A stretch of 64,000 bases of DNA from Candidatus Sulfomarinibacteraceae bacterium (GTDB lineage Bacteria > Acidobacteriota > Thermoanaerobaculia > Thermoanaerobaculales > Sulfomarinibacteraceae), in NCBI GenBank assembly GCA_963796455.1, contig CAWCLO010000010.1, positions 512,001 through 576,000 on the forward strand, in the 5' to 3' direction. Shown piece by piece: positions 1 through 9,209 of this stretch (the first letter of the stretch is position 1; each line of letters opens with the position of its first letter). The notes beneath the pieces are model-generated. The model had not been told where the DNA came from. It searched no databases and was given only the letters and a program-made list of their open reading frames with translations. The position numbers were made by a program, and so were the translations under genes.

Positions 1-161
1 TCGCGCAACTCCATATCATCCCTTGTGACCGCCAGCGTCTCGGTGACCGCAATCAGCAAGCCTCCACCGACCGCGAAGTGGGAAACAATCACATGCGGAA
101 TGGCAACGATCGCCATCAACCAGCTTCCGCCTATCGCCAGATCCCAGATCGGATAGTCCAC
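1..161 (-). CDS. Cytochrome bd-type oxidase subunit I-like membrane protein, 5' part (runs off window start)
   Basis: Not in the ORF track. Manual translation from GTG at 161 (AAAGGAGG SD upstream) gives MDYPIWDLAIGGSWLMAIVAIPHVIVSHFAVGGGLLIAVTE, resembling the N-terminus of CydA-like/cytochrome c fusion membrane proteins. Confidence 0.6.
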   Translation of the reverse strand, partial: MDYPIWDLAIGGSWLMAIVAIPHVIVSHFAVGGGLLIAVTETLAVTRDDMELR

Positions 162-395
162 CCCGACCTCCTTTATTCAACCGCTTGACCGCTTCGAAGG
201 GACCGCCGATCGAAGCATCAAGCGACAAGGTATCATCCTCGGTTCTTGCGGACAAGTTCCTTGTTTTCAACAGTGTACACTTGTTCAACTGTCACCATGC
301 GCGGCGGGTGACCAGACCAGAAGCCCGGTGACCCGGTCTCAAAAACGGACACGGCGAGACAGGGAGTTCTTCAAAAAAGGCCAACAAAGAGCCTC

Positions 396-424
396 TTGAC
401 ACGAGGTCGCATCAACGTTACCTT
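396..424 (+). promoter_or_regulatory. Sigma70-type promoter of fur
   Basis: TTGACA (396-401), 17-nt spacer, TACCTT (419-424). Confidence 0.6.
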
Positions 425-437
425 GGACTGAGACACT

Positions 438-456
438 GATAATGAGACTGGATTAA
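438..456. promoter_or_regulatory. Putative Fur-family operator (autoregulation)
   Basis: GATAATGAGACTGGATTAA, an AT-rich partial match to the Fur box GATAATGATAATCATTATC, between the promoter and the fur ATG. Confidence 0.45.
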
Positions 457-460
457 ATGT

Positions 461-928
461 ATGAGCAGTAAACTTGCACAACGGGCACAGAAGCTGTTTA
501 TCCAATATCTGAGGGAAAACAACCTCAAAGTGACCCAGGAGCGACTCGCCCTGCTGGACGAGATCTTCGCGACGGACGAGCACCTCGATGCCGATGATTT
601 GCTCGCCCGGATGAAGACCAAGCAACGCAAGGTGTCGCGGGCAACGGTCTATCGGACCCTTGACCTCCTGGTGCAGTGCGGGCTGGTTCGTAAGAGCCGC
701 CTCGGCCGCGAGCACTACTTCTACGAGAAGATGGAGCCCGGCGGTGGCCACCACCACATGGTCTGCACCGCAACCGGGAAAATCATCGAATTCTGGGACT
801 CCGATCTCGATGAGCGTCTCCGCCGTTTGTGCCAGGAGCACAAATTCAGACCGACCTTTATCTCGATTCAGATTCAGGGCTTGAGCGCTGAAGGTCAAAA
901 GGTCGAACAGGACACCTCCTTCTTCTGA
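461..928 (+). CDS. fur: Fur family transcriptional regulator
   Basis: KVTQERLALL, HLDADDL, SRATVYRTLDLL and HHHMVC motifs. Confidence 0.92.
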   Translation: MSSKLAQRAQKLFIQYLRENNLKVTQERLALLDEIFATDEHLDADDLLARMKTKQRKVSRATVYRTLDLLVQCGLVRKSRLGREHYFYEKMEPGGGHHHMVCTATGKIIEFWDSDLDERLRRLCQEHKFRPTFISIQIQGLSAEGQKVEQDTSFF

Positions 929-951
929 GTTTTTGACGATCGACCACCCTG

Positions 952-981
952 CGCCCCACTGGAAACGGTGGGGCGTTTTTT
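952..981 (+). terminator. Intrinsic terminator after fur
   Basis: CGCCCCACT-GGAAAC-GGTGGGGCG stem-loop followed by TTTTTT. Confidence 0.8.
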
Positions 982-982
982 A

Positions 983-1152
983 GGCTTGGGGCTTGGGGCT
1001 TGGGGCTTGGGGCTTGGGGCTTGGGGCTTGGCTGGGGCTTGGGGCTTGGGGCTTGGGGCTTGGGGCTTGGGGCTTGGGGCTTGGGGCTTGGGGCTTCAAA
1101 TGATCGATCTCGCTTCTGAGCACGTCAAGCCCCAGGCCTCAGGTCTCAAGCC
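983..1152. repeat. GGCTTGG heptamer array (~16 units) plus 4 degenerate inverted units
   Basis: (GGCTTGG)n at 983-1096; TCAAGCC CCAGGCC TCAGGTC TCAAGCC at 1125-1152, the last unit overlapping the tyrS stop. Confidence 0.9.
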
Positions 1153-2396
1153 TTCTTGAAGCTCACCTTGGCAAAACGACGTTTCCCGACCTGGAGGAGA
1201 ATCGGCTCCGAACCCGTGGTATCGAGCTCAGATTTGATGTCCTTGATCTGTACACCATCGACCCGGACCCCACCCTGTTGAACCAGACGGCGGGCTTCGG
1301 AGTTGGAGCTTGCCAGATCGCCTTCAACCAGAATTTTTGCGAGCAACATGGTCGGCCCAGCGGCTGCAATCTCGAGTTCGGGAATCTCGGCCGGGAGATG
1401 GCCTGATGAAAAAACCCGCTCGAATTCCTGTCGCGCGGCGGCGGCATCTTCGGCCGAGTGGAACTCGGTCACGATGGTGGATGCGAGGTCCTTCTTTGCT
1501 TCCATCGGATGCCTGGCGCCGGCGGCAACCCGCTGTCGCTCGGCATCGATCTCCCGCTCGCCAAGGTCGGTGAGAAGCAACCAGTACTTCCACATCAAAT
1601 CATCGGATACGGACATCACCTTGCCGAACATTTCAACGGCATCATCTTCCACGGCCACGTAGTTGCCGAGAGACTTCGACATCTTCTCGACTCCGTCCAA
1701 GCCCTCGAGAAGCGGCAAGGTCATCACCACCTGGGGCTCCATATCGTGTTCGCGCATCAGATGACGCCCGACCAGGAGATTGAAGAGCTGATCGGTGCCG
1801 CCGAGCTCCACATCCACTTCGAGCGCAACCGAATCATAGGCCTGGGCGAGGGGATAAAGAAATTCGTGCAGCGCGATGGGCTGCTGCTTTTCGTAGCGGT
1901 TTCGAAAATCGTCTCGCTCGAGCATCTGCGCCACGGTGACCTTGGCCGCAAGCCGGATCCAATCCGCCGAACTGAGGGCGCCGAGCCAACGCGAATTGAA
2001 GTCGATGACCGTTGTATCCGGGTCGAGAAGCTTGAAAATCTGCCGCCGGTAGGTGGCCGCATTGGCCTGGATCTCCGCCTCGGTCAATTGAGGACGCGTC
2101 GTCTTTTTTCCAGTGGGATCGCCGATCAATCCCGTAAAATCACCAATCAGAAAAACAACCTTGTGTCCCAGTTGTTGAAAGTGGCGCATCTTGCGGATGA
2201 CCACCGTGTGGCCGAGGTGAAGATCCGGTGCGGAGGGGTCGAATCCGACCTTGATGACCAACGGTTTTCCGGTTTTCTGCGATCGCCGGACCTTTTCCGC
2301 CAGTTGCTCCGCGGGAACGACATCAACGCAGCCCTTGGTGAGATAGCCTATTTGTTCATCGATGTCGCGCGGCACTTGCTTTCCCTTCACGTTCAC
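1146..2396 (-). CDS. tyrS: Tyrosine--tRNA ligase
   Basis: HLGH and KMSKS class I motifs, GGTDQ, C-terminal S4 domain. Confidence 0.97.
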   Translation of the reverse strand: MNVKGKQVPRDIDEQIGYLTKGCVDVVPAEQLAEKVRRSQKTGKPLVIKVGFDPSAPDLHLGHTVVIRKMRHFQQLGHKVVFLIGDFTGLIGDPTGKKTTRPQLTEAEIQANAATYRRQIFKLLDPDTTVIDFNSRWLGALSSADWIRLAAKVTVAQMLERDDFRNRYEKQQPIALHEFLYPLAQAYDSVALEVDVELGGTDQLFNLLVGRHLMREHDMEPQVVMTLPLLEGLDGVEKMSKSLGNYVAVEDDAVEMFGKVMSVSDDLMWKYWLLLTDLGEREIDAERQRVAAGARHPMEAKKDLASTIVTEFHSAEDAAAARQEFERVFSSGHLPAEIPELEIAAAGPTMLLAKILVEGDLASSNSEARRLVQQGGVRVDGVQIKDIKSELDTTGSEPILLQVGKRRFAKVSFKKA

Positions 2397-4391
2397 CTAC
2401 TTTTTTTCAATCTCGACGATTGGAAGGAGCCCCGCACCGGTATTGTCCAGCGCTCGCCAGTCGCCAAGATACTGCAGAATATTATTCACGATCTCGCTTG
2501 AAACCGACAGCGTTGCCATTTCGAGTTCGGAGGCCGTCCGCCACGGCACCACTCCGGCCGCAACCGCCGCACCTCGGCGCGCTCGACCGGTCGAACCACT
2601 CCACTCGGCGGCGCTCCTGGCTGCAACCAACCGGCGGACACCACCAAGCTCGTCATCCGTAGCCGGTCGGATAAGAGACTTCCAACTGTCGTCCAGCTGA
2701 CCCTCCAGATCGTCCAGCATCGTGTCCGCTGTCGCCACCAACAACAGGACCTTGTGTCCGGGAACAAAGGGGTGCAGGACCTCGATCGAGCCTTCCGGAA
2801 GGAGGTCTTCGGCACGTTGTCGGAGGAGTTCGCCGAAAACCGCCTCGACAACTTCGTCGTGTGCAATGGCCAGATTCAGCGCAACAACCAGAACCGAGCC
2901 CCTGCCCGGCGCAGCTTCTCGCGTCTTTGGCACCGGGTCGACGGATCGAACCGTCGCCCCTGAACCGGAGGATGTGCTGAATGCCCAGAACTTCCGCAAC
3001 GCCTCGGCTGCGGATTCGCCATCAGTCGCGACGATCCCGAGCGCGATATTCGGGCCCTCGAGCAACGAGGCTGGTGACAGCGCCGTCCCTTCCGCGACAC
3101 CGAGCAAACCCGCCATCATACGAATCGCACGCCGCCGTGCATCGCCACCTTCGGACAGAACCGGGGTCGTATCTCGAGCGACGGTCGCCAGGGTCGACTG
3201 GAGGACTTCGCCGAGTTCGGCGAATCCGTCCGCGGGCAACGCAAGCTCGAGCTGCGGCGGGTTGGCGCCGACCCGCACCCAACCCGGTCTGTTGTCGGCA
3301 TCCCGGAGCTCCCGGGCGATTCGCGACAGAACCGCAGCAGCCATTTCGTTATCGAGGTCCGGCACGACCACCGGCCGCATGCACATCGTCGCCAATTGGG
3401 TTCCTGGTCTCTCGAGCACCGCGGCCGTCAACCCGTTCTCGAGTTGCATGATCTGTGGCGGGGAGGCAAAACGAGGGTTGAAGGTCCGAGGGGGCAGGGT
3501 GAGGACAACATTTCCCGGGTGCCGGGGAAGCCAGGTCATCGCCGCGTTGCGAACCGCTGCCAGGGTGACGCCTTCGGCGGCAAAGAGGAACTCACGTAAG
3601 GCGGCATCTCCCCCCGAGAGCCAAAGATCGAGAACCCGGTGAGCTGCCTCAGGGTGGCTTTCCAGCAACGCCGCCCGACGCACCTCCAACCTTCTCACCG
3701 AGGCATGGACAGCGTCGGCACGAATGTTCGGCGACTCGGCGATCCGGGCCAGACCGAGGCGCAACCCGCTGACTGCCATTTCTGCCACCTCAGCATTGGA
3801 ACGGGCTTCCAACAAGGCGCGATCATCATCGATCCTGCTTCGAAGACCCTCGAGATCACCGCCCAGGAGGTCCGGAACGAGATCCCAAAGCACCTCCGCA
3901 GCACTTCTCTCGAGATCATCAGGCGCCGGTAACGCGATCTCGAGACGGATTGTGGCATCGCTGCCGGGCGAGCCAAGACGTCGCTCGAGCCGGCCCTCCA
4001 CAGCGGGAGGTTTGTTGGTGGATCGGACGGGGGCCGGGGCCCGTTGATCAAAGAGGCGATCCAACGCCGCCTTCAGATCCGAGACCGCCGCGCCGCCGAC
4101 GGCCACGACAATCGCTGGAGCGGACTCATCAGCCTCACCGCCGAGCGCCGCATCGAGATCCGCCACCAGAGTGAGGCTGCCACTGGTGATCGAGCCGAAA
4201 TCGTCACCTCCGTCGGTGGCAGGCCACGCCACCGTCGTGGCGTCGGCGAGGGGTTGCGCGACGAGGATGAACTCGGAGCCGTTGGCGAGCGTCGCGATAT
4301 GAAGCCCCTGCGCGGAAACAGAAGAAAGAAATGTGAAACCGGTCATCAACAGACCGAGAAGATACTGGATACAAGTGTTTTGCAGCTTCAT
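2397..4391 (-). CDS. Secreted M16 (insulinase)-fold-like protein, probably non-catalytic
   Basis: Signal-peptide-like N-terminus; two M16-like starts (HIATLANGSEFILV, MQLENGLTAAVLERP); no HxxEH; start codon uncertain. Confidence 0.5.
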   Translation of the reverse strand: MKLQNTCIQYLLGLLMTGFTFLSSVSAQGLHIATLANGSEFILVAQPLADATTVAWPATDGGDDFGSITSGSLTLVADLDAALGGEADESAPAIVVAVGGAAVSDLKAALDRLFDQRAPAPVRSTNKPPAVEGRLERRLGSPGSDATIRLEIALPAPDDLERSAAEVLWDLVPDLLGGDLEGLRSRIDDDRALLEARSNAEVAEMAVSGLRLGLARIAESPNIRADAVHASVRRLEVRRAALLESHPEAAHRVLDLWLSGGDAALREFLFAAEGVTLAAVRNAAMTWLPRHPGNVVLTLPPRTFNPRFASPPQIMQLENGLTAAVLERPGTQLATMCMRPVVVPDLDNEMAAAVLSRIARELRDADNRPGWVRVGANPPQLELALPADGFAELGEVLQSTLATVARDTTPVLSEGGDARRRAIRMMAGLLGVAEGTALSPASLLEGPNIALGIVATDGESAAEALRKFWAFSTSSGSGATVRSVDPVPKTREAAPGRGSVLVVALNLAIAHDEVVEAVFGELLRQRAEDLLPEGSIEVLHPFVPGHKVLLLVATADTMLDDLEGQLDDSWKSLIRPATDDELGGVRRLVAARSAAEWSGSTGRARRGAAVAAGVVPWRTASELEMATLSVSSEIVNNILQYLGDWRALDNTGAGLLPIVEIEKK

Positions 4392-4419
4392 GGCGGCCGT
4401 CATGGTAGCATGAAGGGCT

Positions 4420-5358
4420 ATGCGCACTGAAGCAAGGGTCACGGCCCCGTCGATCCTCGGCCTGTCTTGGCTGGCGGCAATCGGGGCCTTCCCCTTCGCC
4501 CTGATCACGGCCGCGACCGGCCAGGGGCTCGGAGCACTGCTCGGCGGCTGCCATTGGATCGGCTTGAGTCTGCCAATCGACCGCCAGGTCTGGGCGCTGG
4601 TCAACCAACCGGCGCTCAATTTCTCCTCCTTGCCGAGTGCGGGCGGTTATTGGCTGGGTTCGCTGGTGCTTCCGTTGTTGATCGCGGTGGCGGCCATTCC
4701 GCTCCTCCCTCGTGGACATTCGATGGTCATCGAATTGCTCATGATCCAGTGGGCGTGGGGCAGCGCCGTCATCGCTGTCGCCTGGCTGCCTCTGCTCGAA
4801 CCCGGGGACGGCCATCTCAGTCGCTGGCTCGCCCTCCATCACATGTCCACACATCTTTTGTGGATTGCTCCCGGAATGGCCGCCGCGGCCGGCGTTGTGC
4901 CAACGATCCGGCTGCTGCAACTCGCGCGCCGGAGACCAGGGGAGATCTCACGAGTTTATCGGTTGGCGGTCGTCGTCCTCCACCTCGGTGCTCCGGCAGT
5001 CGTCTGGGCAGCAATGACGTCGTTAATCAGTGGCCAGGTGCCGGTTGCCGCCGCCGTCGGTCTCCTGGTCCCGGTTGCCGCATCGATAGTGCTCGGGTGG
5101 TTTCGTTACCCCGACGCCGACGTGCGGCCACTGGGAAAGCCCACCGTCTCCGCTTCGATCGGGCTCGCCGTGGCAGCAATCATCGCCGTATCTGTGCTGT
5201 GGTATTCCGGCATGCCCGTCGCGGACGAAAAGCGGGCTGGACGCCTGTGGTCACAACCCCAGGCCTTCAACAACATCAGATCGTGGATCGCGGTGCTTCC
5301 CGCTCTTCCGACATCAATCGACCCACTTTCTCCGGTCAACGGCGCGGAAGTTGAATAG
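4420..5358 (+). CDS. Hypothetical multi-pass membrane protein
   Basis: 312-aa ORF with many hydrophobic segments, divergent from the previous gene. Confidence 0.65.
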   Translation: MRTEARVTAPSILGLSWLAAIGAFPFALITAATGQGLGALLGGCHWIGLSLPIDRQVWALVNQPALNFSSLPSAGGYWLGSLVLPLLIAVAAIPLLPRGHSMVIELLMIQWAWGSAVIAVAWLPLLEPGDGHLSRWLALHHMSTHLLWIAPGMAAAAGVVPTIRLLQLARRRPGEISRVYRLAVVVLHLGAPAVVWAAMTSLISGQVPVAAAVGLLVPVAASIVLGWFRYPDADVRPLGKPTVSASIGLAVAAIIAVSVLWYSGMPVADEKRAGRLWSQPQAFNNIRSWIAVLPALPTSIDPLSPVNGAEVE

Positions 5359-5442
5359 TCTCACCAAGGCTCGCGTTATACTAACCAACGGTTCCGCGAA
5401 AACAGCGGTCAACCCCTAGATTCATCACACGGAGGCACGATC

Positions 5443-5961
5443 ATGAAACCGAAGGTCGAGCAGGCGCTCAACGAGCAGATTCACGCAGAGTTTTTCTCTT
5501 TTTATCTCTATTTGTCAGTTTCTTCCTATTTTACGGCCCAGCATCTTGATGGCTTTGCACATTGGATGCGGATCCAAGCGCAGGAGGAACTCAGTCACGC
5601 CATGAAGCTCTTCGATTATGTCAACGAACGCGGCGGGAAAGTGCAGTTGTTGGCCATGGACGCACCCCAGGTCGAGTGGGCGTCGCCGTCGACGGCGGTC
5701 GAAGCCGTGCTTGAGCACGAAAAGCACATCAGTGCACGTATCAACAAGATCGTCGATCTCTCCTCCACCGAAAACGACCATGCGACAACCGTCATAATGC
5801 ACTGGTTCGTCAACGAGCAGGTCGAGGAAGAAGCAACGGCCGACACACTTTTCCACCAGGTCAAAATGGTGGAATCAAACCCGCACGGATTGCTGATGAT
5901 CGATCGCGAGCTCGCCGGCCGGCCGGCGCCGGCTCCGGTCGGCGCCTCGAGCGAAGCCTGA
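5443..5961 (+). CDS. ftnA: Non-heme ferritin
   Basis: NEQIHAE, QAQEELSHAMK, WFVNEQVEEE ferroxidase motifs; GGAGG SD. Confidence 0.93.
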   Translation: MKPKVEQALNEQIHAEFFSFYLYLSVSSYFTAQHLDGFAHWMRIQAQEELSHAMKLFDYVNERGGKVQLLAMDAPQVEWASPSTAVEAVLEHEKHISARINKIVDLSSTENDHATTVIMHWFVNEQVEEEATADTLFHQVKMVESNPHGLLMIDRELAGRPAPAPVGASSEA

Positions 5962-6007
5962 CCCTCGGAACACGGGGCGCCAAGATACGTGGGCGGGTCC
6001 ACGAATC

Positions 6008-6868
6008 TCAGCGGGGTCTGATCGCGTCCTTGATCAGCGCGCTGGCCACATCGACCCCGGTCGCTTCCTCGAGACGGAGAAAGCCCGGGGTCGGGTTGAC
6101 CTCGATCACCACTGCTCCACCATCGGTGGGGACGATATCGACACCACACTGACCGAGACCCAGCGCCGCGGCCGCTTCGAGGGCGAGCCCTGTCTCTGAA
6201 ACATCCGGTTCGAAAGCATCGAAGGATCCGCCGCGCGCGGCATTCGAGCGCCACTCACCTTCCGCTGCGTGGAACCGTGCAGCCGCCACCAGACGGCCTC
6301 CGGCCACGAGCAGCCGGTGGCTCGTCGCGCCACGTTCGAGCCATCGCTGGACGATGACCTCGTCGCCTATTCTCCACAGGGAGTCCAGAACCGCCTCGAG
6401 ATGGTCTCGGCTGCGGCAGAGAATCACCCCGACGCCCATCCGCGACCGGCGTTGTTTGACCACCACGGGCAAGCCCAACTCTCGGATAGCGGCGTCGGCC
6501 ATCACCTCGGGTTCCAAACCGGCGATCGTCTCGGGAACCGGAAGCCCGGCGGCAGCCAGGACCCGTACGGTCTGCCAGTGGTCTCTGCCACACCGAATGG
6601 CGGCCGGAGGATTTGGAGTTGCCACACCACTGCTCAGCAGCGACTCCAGGATCGCCAACATACTCTCGGGGCGCCAGTTTCCGATTCTGGCCAGGACCAC
6701 GTCGGCACCGTCCGCGACTCCCCCGGGTCGGCACCGATCTGTATCGAGGATTGCGGTACAGGAGGTCGCATCAACGAGCTCGGCGTCAACATCGAGGGCA
6801 GAAGCCGCCTCGACGAGGCGCTTGTTGGCGGCCACGGACGGACGGGCGGTCAAAATCAGCACACGCAT
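6008..6868 (-). CDS. RimK-family ATP-grasp ligase
   Basis: LPVPET, PVVVK, GVGV, WRSNAARGG, GVDI, EVNPTPGF motifs. Confidence 0.85.
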   Translation of the reverse strand: MRVLILTARPSVAANKRLVEAASALDVDAELVDATSCTAILDTDRCRPGGVADGADVVLARIGNWRPESMLAILESLLSSGVATPNPPAAIRCGRDHWQTVRVLAAAGLPVPETIAGLEPEVMADAAIRELGLPVVVKQRRSRMGVGVILCRSRDHLEAVLDSLWRIGDEVIVQRWLERGATSHRLLVAGGRLVAAARFHAAEGEWRSNAARGGSFDAFEPDVSETGLALEAAAALGLGQCGVDIVPTDGGAVVIEVNPTPGFLRLEEATGVDVASALIKDAIRPR

Positions 6869-6904
6869 CACGTTATGGTACCGCAAAGAGCGCGGGGTGA
6901 TCCC

Positions 6905-9088
6905 TCAGCTCGCCTCTTGCGGCAAGGACAGGACAACTTCCGTGCCCTCCCCGAGGGTGCTGTCGATGGCGATCGAACCGCCATGGTTCTCGACCACACG
7001 CTGGGCGATTGCGAGACCGAGGCCGATGCCGTAGCGCTTGCCGGCATCCGTGTCGTCCCCCTGCCAGAACGCCTGAAAGACGTTCTCGAGATCAGCCTCT
7101 GCGATGCCCGATCCGGTGTCGCTGACCCGCAGCTGCAACCAGGGCTCTTTTCCGCGCACCACCCGCCGCACCTCGAGTTTCACCTCGCCGTCCTGACGGT
7201 TGAATTCGATGCCGTTTTTTATCACCGCCCGAAGGGCGGCCTCGGTGCTCTCGGGTTCGCAGAAGACCGAATCGAGCCCGCTCGGGATGAGAATTTGAAG
7301 CCGGACCTTCCGGGAATTCGCCAGATCACGGATCGGGGCCAGGGTCTTGCGGATGAGGTCCTGGATCGGAACCTGCTGCCGTTCGATCTTCCCCGCTTCT
7401 GCGGTGAGCACTTTGGCCTGAAATACGCTCTGAATCATTTCGAGGAGCTTTTCGGCCTCATCGTGCATTACCGTGACAAGCCGGGTCTTTTTGTCATCGG
7501 GTGCGTCCTTCTCACGATCGAGAATCTTGGCCGCCGTGAACAAAGAGGTGACCGGCGTGCGAAATTCCAAAGAGAGTCGATTGATGAGCTCGTTTTTTAC
7601 TTTGTCGAGCGCTTCGAGACCGCGATAGGCATTCTCCAGCAGTTCCTTTTTCTCGGCCAGGTCCTTGGCCAACCCGCGGCTCTCGGCAAGTGTCCTGCGA
7701 AGCTCGTTCGTGCGTTCTTCGACCTGCGCCTCGAGGCCGCGGCTGAAGTCCTCCATCTGGCGCCAGGCAATGGCGTTGGCATAACCCATGGCGGCTGTGG
7801 ATCCGAGGACCGTCGCAAGTTGGAGATCGTCCTCATCCAAACTCGCGCGATCGGCATCACCATAGGCACTCAAGAGCCCAACCACTTTTTCCTGGGTCAT
7901 GAGCGGGATCACGAGCGCCGAGCTGTATCCGGCACCCTCCACCGCCGCCAGAAGCTCGGAATCGCGCTCTTCGCCGATCTCTCTGGCAAGAAGCCGCGGC
8001 TGCCGGCCATCCAGAAGGGTCCCGGCCAGGGTCCCCTCCTCACCATCCGCCGTCTCCAGGAATGGGTCCTTTTTGAAACCGTGAACCACCGCCTCGCGCA
8101 GCTCGCCCGAACCCGGAATGATGAGCACCGAGGCACCCTGAACCTGGAGCAGACGAATAGCATCGGTGATCAAACGGCGCAGGACCTTCGCCGGGTCGCG
8201 TTCGTTGCTGACTGCTCGACCGAACTCCGAGATGCTGTCCATGATCCGGACCTTGCGGTCGAGTTGCCGGCTGAGGTTATCGAGCCGGGTATTGAGGTCG
8301 GTCATCGCCATGTTGGCCCGAACCGCCTCAGAGACCAGGGTCTCCTCGCTCAAGGCCTTGTCAGCGGCAATTGTCTGCTCGGAAACCGTCACCTCGACAT
8401 CGTCGGGTTCGCGCCGGTTTTCGTCATCCCCCATAAAGGGCCGCATCGCATGACGCATCTGTTGTTGCAGGCGCTCGATGGCCTGCGGATTGGTACCGAC
8501 TCCCAGCTTGTCGGCCACCGACGCCAGGGTCCGTTCGCCAATCTTGGCAAAGGCATCAAGGACCCCCTCGCCGGTGATCGCCACGGTCGGAAAGGAGGGG
8601 TACTTTTCGATATTGAGGGCGGATTCCATATCGACTATGGGCATGATCGGGTCGAGATCGCGTTTGTTGTACTGCAGCACCAGCGGCACCGCGCGTCGGT
8701 CAAGACCGTTGGCCGACATGTTCTCCCACAGATTCGCCAGGGCGTCCCTGTTTGCCTGCTCCTGGTCGGTCTGTGAGTCCGCAACAAAAACGATACCGTC
8801 CGCACCCGCGAGAACGGTTCGTCGGGTGGCGTTGTACTGAACCTGACCGGGCACCGTATACAACTGGAGCGCCAGGCGATAACCCCGAATCCGACCGAGA
8901 TTGAGCGACAGGAGATCGAAAAAGAGGGTGCGATCGGCGGCGGTGTTCAACGAATAGAGCTTTGTCCGCCGTTGCGGGTCGGTCACCTTGTGGATATGTT
9001 GCAGACAGGTGGTCTTACCGCCGACGGCGGGACCATAATAGACAACTTTGATTTTTATCTGTCGATACTGATTGTCAAACTGGACCAT
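6905..9088 (-). CDS. MglA-like small GTPase - GAF - coiled coil - histidine kinase-like fusion protein
   Basis: GPAVGGKTT, DRTLFFD, YTVPGQ, NKRD (MglA type); GAF region; HATPase DTGSGI and GIGLGL; GGGGAGG SD before ATG 9088. Confidence 0.85.
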   Translation of the reverse strand: MVQFDNQYRQIKIKVVYYGPAVGGKTTCLQHIHKVTDPQRRTKLYSLNTAADRTLFFDLLSLNLGRIRGYRLALQLYTVPGQVQYNATRRTVLAGADGIVFVADSQTDQEQANRDALANLWENMSANGLDRRAVPLVLQYNKRDLDPIMPIVDMESALNIEKYPSFPTVAITGEGVLDAFAKIGERTLASVADKLGVGTNPQAIERLQQQMRHAMRPFMGDDENRREPDDVEVTVSEQTIAADKALSEETLVSEAVRANMAMTDLNTRLDNLSRQLDRKVRIMDSISEFGRAVSNERDPAKVLRRLITDAIRLLQVQGASVLIIPGSGELREAVVHGFKKDPFLETADGEEGTLAGTLLDGRQPRLLAREIGEERDSELLAAVEGAGYSSALVIPLMTQEKVVGLLSAYGDADRASLDEDDLQLATVLGSTAAMGYANAIAWRQMEDFSRGLEAQVEERTNELRRTLAESRGLAKDLAEKKELLENAYRGLEALDKVKNELINRLSLEFRTPVTSLFTAAKILDREKDAPDDKKTRLVTVMHDEAEKLLEMIQSVFQAKVLTAEAGKIERQQVPIQDLIRKTLAPIRDLANSRKVRLQILIPSGLDSVFCEPESTEAALRAVIKNGIEFNRQDGEVKLEVRRVVRGKEPWLQLRVSDTGSGIAEADLENVFQAFWQGDDTDAGKRYGIGLGLAIAQRVVENHGGSIAIDSTLGEGTEVVLSLPQEAS

Positions 9089-9209
9089 GGGCCTCCCCAG
9101 CCTGGACAACCATTATGAATCGACTGCTGGTTTAAAACCAGTGGGAAAAAGAAACCGCCTCAAGAGCCGGTTGACGAAGCCTGCCGGCTCCGCCGCGAAT
9201 TCCGGCCCG

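Noticed and set aside
968..1159. 63-aa GLGAW-repeat ORF
   Set aside because: It is just the translation of the GGCTTGG array and starts inside the fur terminator.
6269..8776. Long antisense ORFs (also 35921-37513, 40198-41490, 42165-43550, 51775-53217)
   Set aside because: These are typical shadow frames opposite well-supported genes in GC-rich DNA, with no recognisable motifs.
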